DNA of 64,000 nucleotides from Armatimonadota bacterium (GTDB lineage Bacteria; Armatimonadota; UBA5829; DSUL01), in assembly GCA_039811685.1 (NCBI GenBank), contig JBDHZC010000001.1:480001-544000 (forward strand), read 5' to 3'. The first letter of the stretch is position 1. Every line of letters starts with the position of its first letter. The position numbers and the translations under genes are program-made. Shown here piece by piece: positions 60,106 to 64,000 of this stretch. The notes under the pieces were generated by a model. It ran no database searches. It was not told the origin of the DNA and worked only from the letters and a program-made list of their open reading frames with translations.

Positions 60106-61791
60106 TCAGTCCTCAATGCGGATCTGCTCCGGAGCTTTGACCTCTGTCGTTACGTTCCCATTTTTCTTGACTTGGTGAATGACTTCGATCGGGCCGTGTG
60201 GCGTAGGCACGACGCCGTGCGCCCACTCCAATCCAGATAGATGTGGTCGGACGATTGCCGTGGCGAAACCTGGAGATGTCGGCCGCACACCGAGGACATG
60301 CTCTGAAAGCCACGCCGTCGGCCCCGCCGCCCACCCGTGACAGAAGCTGTGGCGCAACCCTTCGTAGCAGTAGTCGCCCTTTGATGTGTGAATGTCCACT
60401 CTTCCATCAGGGACAACCTCGTCAATGCGCCCGGCATTTTCCATCCAGTCGATCTCGAAGTGTTCCCAGAAAGTTGTCGCGCCAAGGTCCAGCATCCCAC
60501 CCCAGTATCTGCGAATCAACTCCAGACAGCCGGCATAGTCTCCCGCCTTTGCTCGCGCCTCCAGAACGTAGTACCCGTAAAACGTCGACAGCCCTCGAAA
60601 CGGGTCTACAGACAGGATTCTATCGTTAACCTGCTCTGCATCCGCCATTCCCGCGAGCGATATCAGGGCGTTGGCCTGCTTGGAATCACTCGCGGGAGGT
60701 TTCACTGACGCACACAACCGCGCCAGCGACGCGGTTTTTTCAGCCAGGTCGCTGTCCTGCAGCGCGCTGAGAATTGCAGCCGCGCGATCCAGAGCAATAG
60801 AAAGAAGCGCCTGCAACCCTTCTGCGATGGCAACAGGGTCTTCGGCGGTCGGCCACTCAATGAATCGCCAGCCATCCAGCTTTTCCGCCCCGCTTGCGTC
60901 AATGTGCTCCTCGACGTAGGCCAGGAGTGGCAGGAGGTAGTCGCGCTGCTCACGCAGATAGGACACGTCTCCGTGGTAGAGAAACCAGTCGTAGTGCGTG
61001 ATAATCCACCACAGCGAATACGACGATACGCCATTCATCCATCCTGGCAGAGGCGTGCTGTCCCGCACCAGGTCCAGGCTCTCATCAACCGCTTTGTTGC
61101 GCCCGAAAACCGCGCTGATGACCCGTGTCTCCGGGTGGATATCACCAATCCACGTCAGGCGGTCGCGCTTTATGGCATCCCAGATGGAGTCCTGCATACA
61201 CAGATGCACCGTTCGAGCGCCCACGTCCCATATTTCGTTCAGCCGGAGATCGCTGCACGCAAATGAGCCAATGCGCGGGATATCACGGTAGATAGCCACC
61301 GCGGATACCCGGCGCAGGTCAATCGAAGTTTCCTCATCCAGCAAATCGATACGCACAAATCTGAAGCCAGTGCATCCGACTTCCACATAGCCCATCCACG
61401 CAACCCGAGTCTCGAAATCGTGAATCGTGTGATCGTTATTTGGCTCACCCATCGCTTCAGACACCGATTCTCCAAAGCGGATGCGTACTCTGGCGGACTT
61501 GCCGGTACTGGTCGTTGGCACATCCAGACGGATGCCTCCGTGCATCTCACGCCCGTAATCCAGAACCAGCGCGGACCCCACGCCCGCCTGCATTTTGCAC
61601 GCCGGTACGACGGTCCCGATCTCCATAGTGGAAACACCGAGCTTCGCCCCGACTAAATGGTCAGCGCCAGTTACGCCTTGAGGAGAAGTCCAGACCACGC
61701 GCGTTGGCGACACAAACTCGCGCACTCTGGGGTCGAGTCGCCTGGGTCCGGGAACGGAAAGGGCGACGGTGTTGTGGTGATTTTCAGCCAT
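60106..61791 (-). CDS. Alpha-L-rhamnosidase (GH78-like)
   Basis: LDYGRE..GG, GFRFV, F.CSD.RLN.IW, D.IKRDRL.W.GD, GATTFWE, S.CHGW.AGP, PTP.G.I. Confidence 0.85.
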   Translation of the reverse strand: MAENHHNTVALSVPGPRRLDPRVREFVSPTRVVWTSPQGVTGADHLVGAKLGVSTMEIGTVVPACKMQAGVGSALVLDYGREMHGGIRLDVPTTSTGKSARVRIRFGESVSEAMGEPNNDHTIHDFETRVAWMGYVEVGCTGFRFVRIDLLDEETSIDLRRVSAVAIYRDIPRIGSFACSDLRLNEIWDVGARTVHLCMQDSIWDAIKRDRLTWIGDIHPETRVISAVFGRNKAVDESLDLVRDSTPLPGWMNGVSSYSLWWIITHYDWFLYHGDVSYLREQRDYLLPLLAYVEEHIDASGAEKLDGWRFIEWPTAEDPVAIAEGLQALLSIALDRAAAILSALQDSDLAEKTASLARLCASVKPPASDSKQANALISLAGMADAEQVNDRILSVDPFRGLSTFYGYYVLEARAKAGDYAGCLELIRRYWGGMLDLGATTFWEHFEIDWMENAGRIDEVVPDGRVDIHTSKGDYCYEGLRHSFCHGWAAGPTAWLSEHVLGVRPTSPGFATAIVRPHLSGLEWAHGVVPTPHGPIEVIHQVKKNGNVTTEVKAPEQIRIED

Positions 61792-61950
61792 GAATCCTCT
61801 GCCAGTATCTCGAGTAACGAACCCGGTTCATTTTACTGCCTATCGTTCCCGGAGGTCAGAGGGTTCTCCTGCGCTAATAGACATACCAGTCTCTGGACTC
61901 ATTGCTTTGAGGCCAGAAACGAGTTGCGCAAAGAAAGTCAGAACACAAAA

Positions 61951-63219
61951 TTGAGTAGCAAACACAGCCTGAGGGTCGGCGTCATTGGCTTCGGCAGGCG
62001 CATACAGGGCGTATTGAGCGCGATGCAGGGGATGGCGGACCTTGAGTTGGTGGGCGTCACCGATGTCCGCAATGAACAAATACGCGACCAGATGCAGGAC
62101 TCGGGCAAAAATCCGGAAAGCGTTCATTTCTACGACGATGCCGACCGGATGCTGGACGAAGAGACTCTTGACGGCGTCCTGGTAGGCACGAGGTGTTCAC
62201 TGCACACGCAAATGGCGTGCAAGGCCCTGAAGCGCAATATCCCGCTTTATCTGGAAAAGCCGGTTGCGACGACAATGGCCGATCTTATGGCTTTGCGGGA
62301 CGCCTCACGGGTAAGCCAGAGTGAAGTCGTTGTGTCTTTTCCGCTGCGAGTCACACCGCTTGTTCAGGTGGCAAAAGACATCATTGATGCAGGAGAGATA
62401 GGCACTGTTGAGCACGTACAGGCCGTCAACAACGTCCCCTACGGGATGGTCTATTACATGGACTGGTACAGGGATGAAACTGAGACGCGCGGGCTGTGGC
62501 TGCAAAAAGCGACACACGACTTTGACTACCTGAACTACCTTTTGAGGATCCGCCCCATAAGCATCTGCGCCATGACGTCCAAGCAGATTATGAAAGGCCC
62601 CTATCCCGCCGGTCACAATTGTGATGAATGCCTGGACTGGGAGAAATGCCTGGAGAGTCCTTTCCACATCCACTATTCTCGCGGCGAAAGCGCCGCAGTC
62701 ACAAAAAACGGCCTGATGTGCGCCTTTGCTGAGGACACGGGTAACGAAGACTCAGGCAGCGCGCTTATCCGGTACGAAAGTGGCATGCATCTCAGCTACT
62801 CCCAGAATTTTTTCGCTCGCCGTTCCGCCGGAAAGCGCGGCGCGACGCTGCTGGGGTACAAAGGGACGCTCGAGTTTGACTGGTACACTGATGAAGTGAA
62901 GGTCATCATGCACCATAAACCGCGGGTAGTGACTCATAAGATGGAGAGCTCTTCGTTTTCTCATGGCGGTGGTGATACGGTGCTTGCGGACAATTTTGTC
63001 GCAGTCATGCAGGGGAGACAGCAGTCCGTTTCTCCTATCGATGCCGGACTGCTGAGTGTCCTGATGTGTTTGAAAGCTAAAGAATCGGAAGAAACCAAGA
63101 CCTACAAGGACGTAGCGTACCCGGACAATGCGCCTTTGCCGGACATAAAGGACGTACTCGGGTCTCCAGTGCGCCAGACACCCGGTATCCCAGGCACGCA
63201 CTTACACGCGCCAGGCTAA
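61951..63219 (+). CDS. Gfo/Idh/MocA oxidoreductase
   Basis: RVGVIGFG.R, LEKPVA, GLWLQKATHDFD, HGGGD. Start placed at TTG 61951; the ORF track extends to 61657. Confidence 0.85.
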   Translation: MSSKHSLRVGVIGFGRRIQGVLSAMQGMADLELVGVTDVRNEQIRDQMQDSGKNPESVHFYDDADRMLDEETLDGVLVGTRCSLHTQMACKALKRNIPLYLEKPVATTMADLMALRDASRVSQSEVVVSFPLRVTPLVQVAKDIIDAGEIGTVEHVQAVNNVPYGMVYYMDWYRDETETRGLWLQKATHDFDYLNYLLRIRPISICAMTSKQIMKGPYPAGHNCDECLDWEKCLESPFHIHYSRGESAAVTKNGLMCAFAEDTGNEDSGSALIRYESGMHLSYSQNFFARRSAGKRGATLLGYKGTLEFDWYTDEVKVIMHHKPRVVTHKMESSSFSHGGGDTVLADNFVAVMQGRQQSVSPIDAGLLSVLMCLKAKESEETKTYKDVAYPDNAPLPDIKDVLGSPVRQTPGIPGTHLHAPG

Positions 63220-63285
63220 AGTCAGACCTGACGCACTGAGCGGCACGGCAAACTGGCGATCAGCGGCAGGCCATCGAGAGCCAGG

Positions 63286-63328
63286 AAAAACAGCCCCCAC
63301 TTCCCCGAAATCTGGAAGTGAGGGCTGT
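63286..63328 (-). terminator. Intrinsic terminator downstream of groEL
   Basis: Stem ACAGCCCCCACTTCC/GGAAGTGAGGGCTGT with one mismatch; the A5 on the + strand gives a U tract on the - strand. Confidence 0.7.
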
Positions 63329-63396
63329 AGTCTGTACGGCTGTAATTGCCAGAAGAGAGACCGCCTGCTTCCAGGCGGTCCCGGTAGAGCGTATGT

Positions 63397-64000
63397 CTAG
63401 TACATACCACCCATGCCGCCGCCCATGCCCGCAGCGCCAGCCGGTGCGGGCGCAGGCTTGTCTTCCTTGCGCTCTGCCACCAGGGCTTCGGTCGTGAGCA
63501 TCATTCCGGCGATAGAGGCCGCGTTCTGCAGAGCGGAGCGCGTCACCTTTGCCGGGTCCACAATTCCCGCCTTCACCAGGTTGACGTACTCACCGGTCGC
63601 GGCGTTGAGGCCGATACCAGCCTTCTCGTTGCGGAGTCGCTCAACAACAACGCTGCCTTCCAAACCCGCGTTCTGGGCAATGATCTTGGACGGCTCTTCC
63701 AGCGCGCGGCGCACAATCTGCGCGCCAGTGGCCTCTTCGGCCTCCAGCTTCAGATCATCAATAGCCTTTGCGCTCTGAATGAGCGTCACGCCGCCACCGG
63801 CGACGATGCCTTCTTCAACCGCCGCGCGAGTGGCGCTGAGGGCATCCTCAATGCGGGCCTTCTTCTCTTTGAGCTCGGTCTCTGTGGCCGCGCCCACCTG
63901 CACAACGGCGACTCCGCCAGAGAGCTTCGCCAGCCGCTCCTGCAGCTTCTCGCGGTCGTAGTCGGAGTCGGTCTCTTCGATCTCGCGCTTGATCTGCGCA
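63397..64000 (-). CDS. groL: Chaperonin GroEL, 5' partial
   Basis: [72 protein letters not shown] tail. Confidence 0.98.
   Translation of the reverse strand, partial: AQIKREIEETDSDYDREKLQERLAKLSGGVAVVQVGAATETELKEKKARIEDALSATRAAVEEGIVAGGGVTLIQSAKAIDDLKLEAEEATGAQIVRRALEEPSKIIAQNAGLEGSVVVERLRNEKAGIGLNAATGEYVNLVKAGIVDPAKVTRSALQNAASIAGMMLTTEALVAERKEDKPAPAPAGAAGMGGGMGGMY

Overview
Bacterial chromosomal window, GC-rich, mostly housekeeping and carbohydrate/envelope genes. The organism is inferred to be a diderm member of the Terrabacteria, plausibly Armatimonadota: it combines TolC, alpha-2-macroglobulin and a LolA-like protein with Firmicute-like AddAB, YteA/DksA and YumC-type FNR. Gene order: addB (partial)-addA; bioY-crcB-DUF190; a minus-strand run rfbD-ileS-dksA/yteA-lspA (extra N-terminal membrane domain)-lgt-rluD-pcm-small membrane protein; a multi-GAF/PAS kinase with a sigma54 activator lacking a DNA-binding domain; a D-2-hydroxyacid dehydrogenase; an alpha-2-macroglobulin with an internal GspG-like segment; a Cys-rich leader ORF followed by czcCBA; a secreted beta-propeller protein with a TMTC-like glycosyltransferase; rnhA; gnd-zwf; glycoside hydrolases; and an initiator tRNA-Met carrying a decayed integrated element (serine recombinase tail, DnaC-like ATPase between 28-bp direct repeats). 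These are followed by a 1.6-kaa modular secreted glycoside hydrolase, FNR-nfnAB-phyH, a rhamnosidase cluster and groEL (partial). Top leads: (1) an about 170-190 aa C-terminal module shared by two otherwise unrelated secreted proteins, a candidate lineage-specific sorting/anchoring domain; (2) a candidate metal-sensing ribosome-stalling leader ORF in front of czcCBA; (3) the repeat-flanked cassette at the tRNA. All calls come from motif reading only; no database searches were run.
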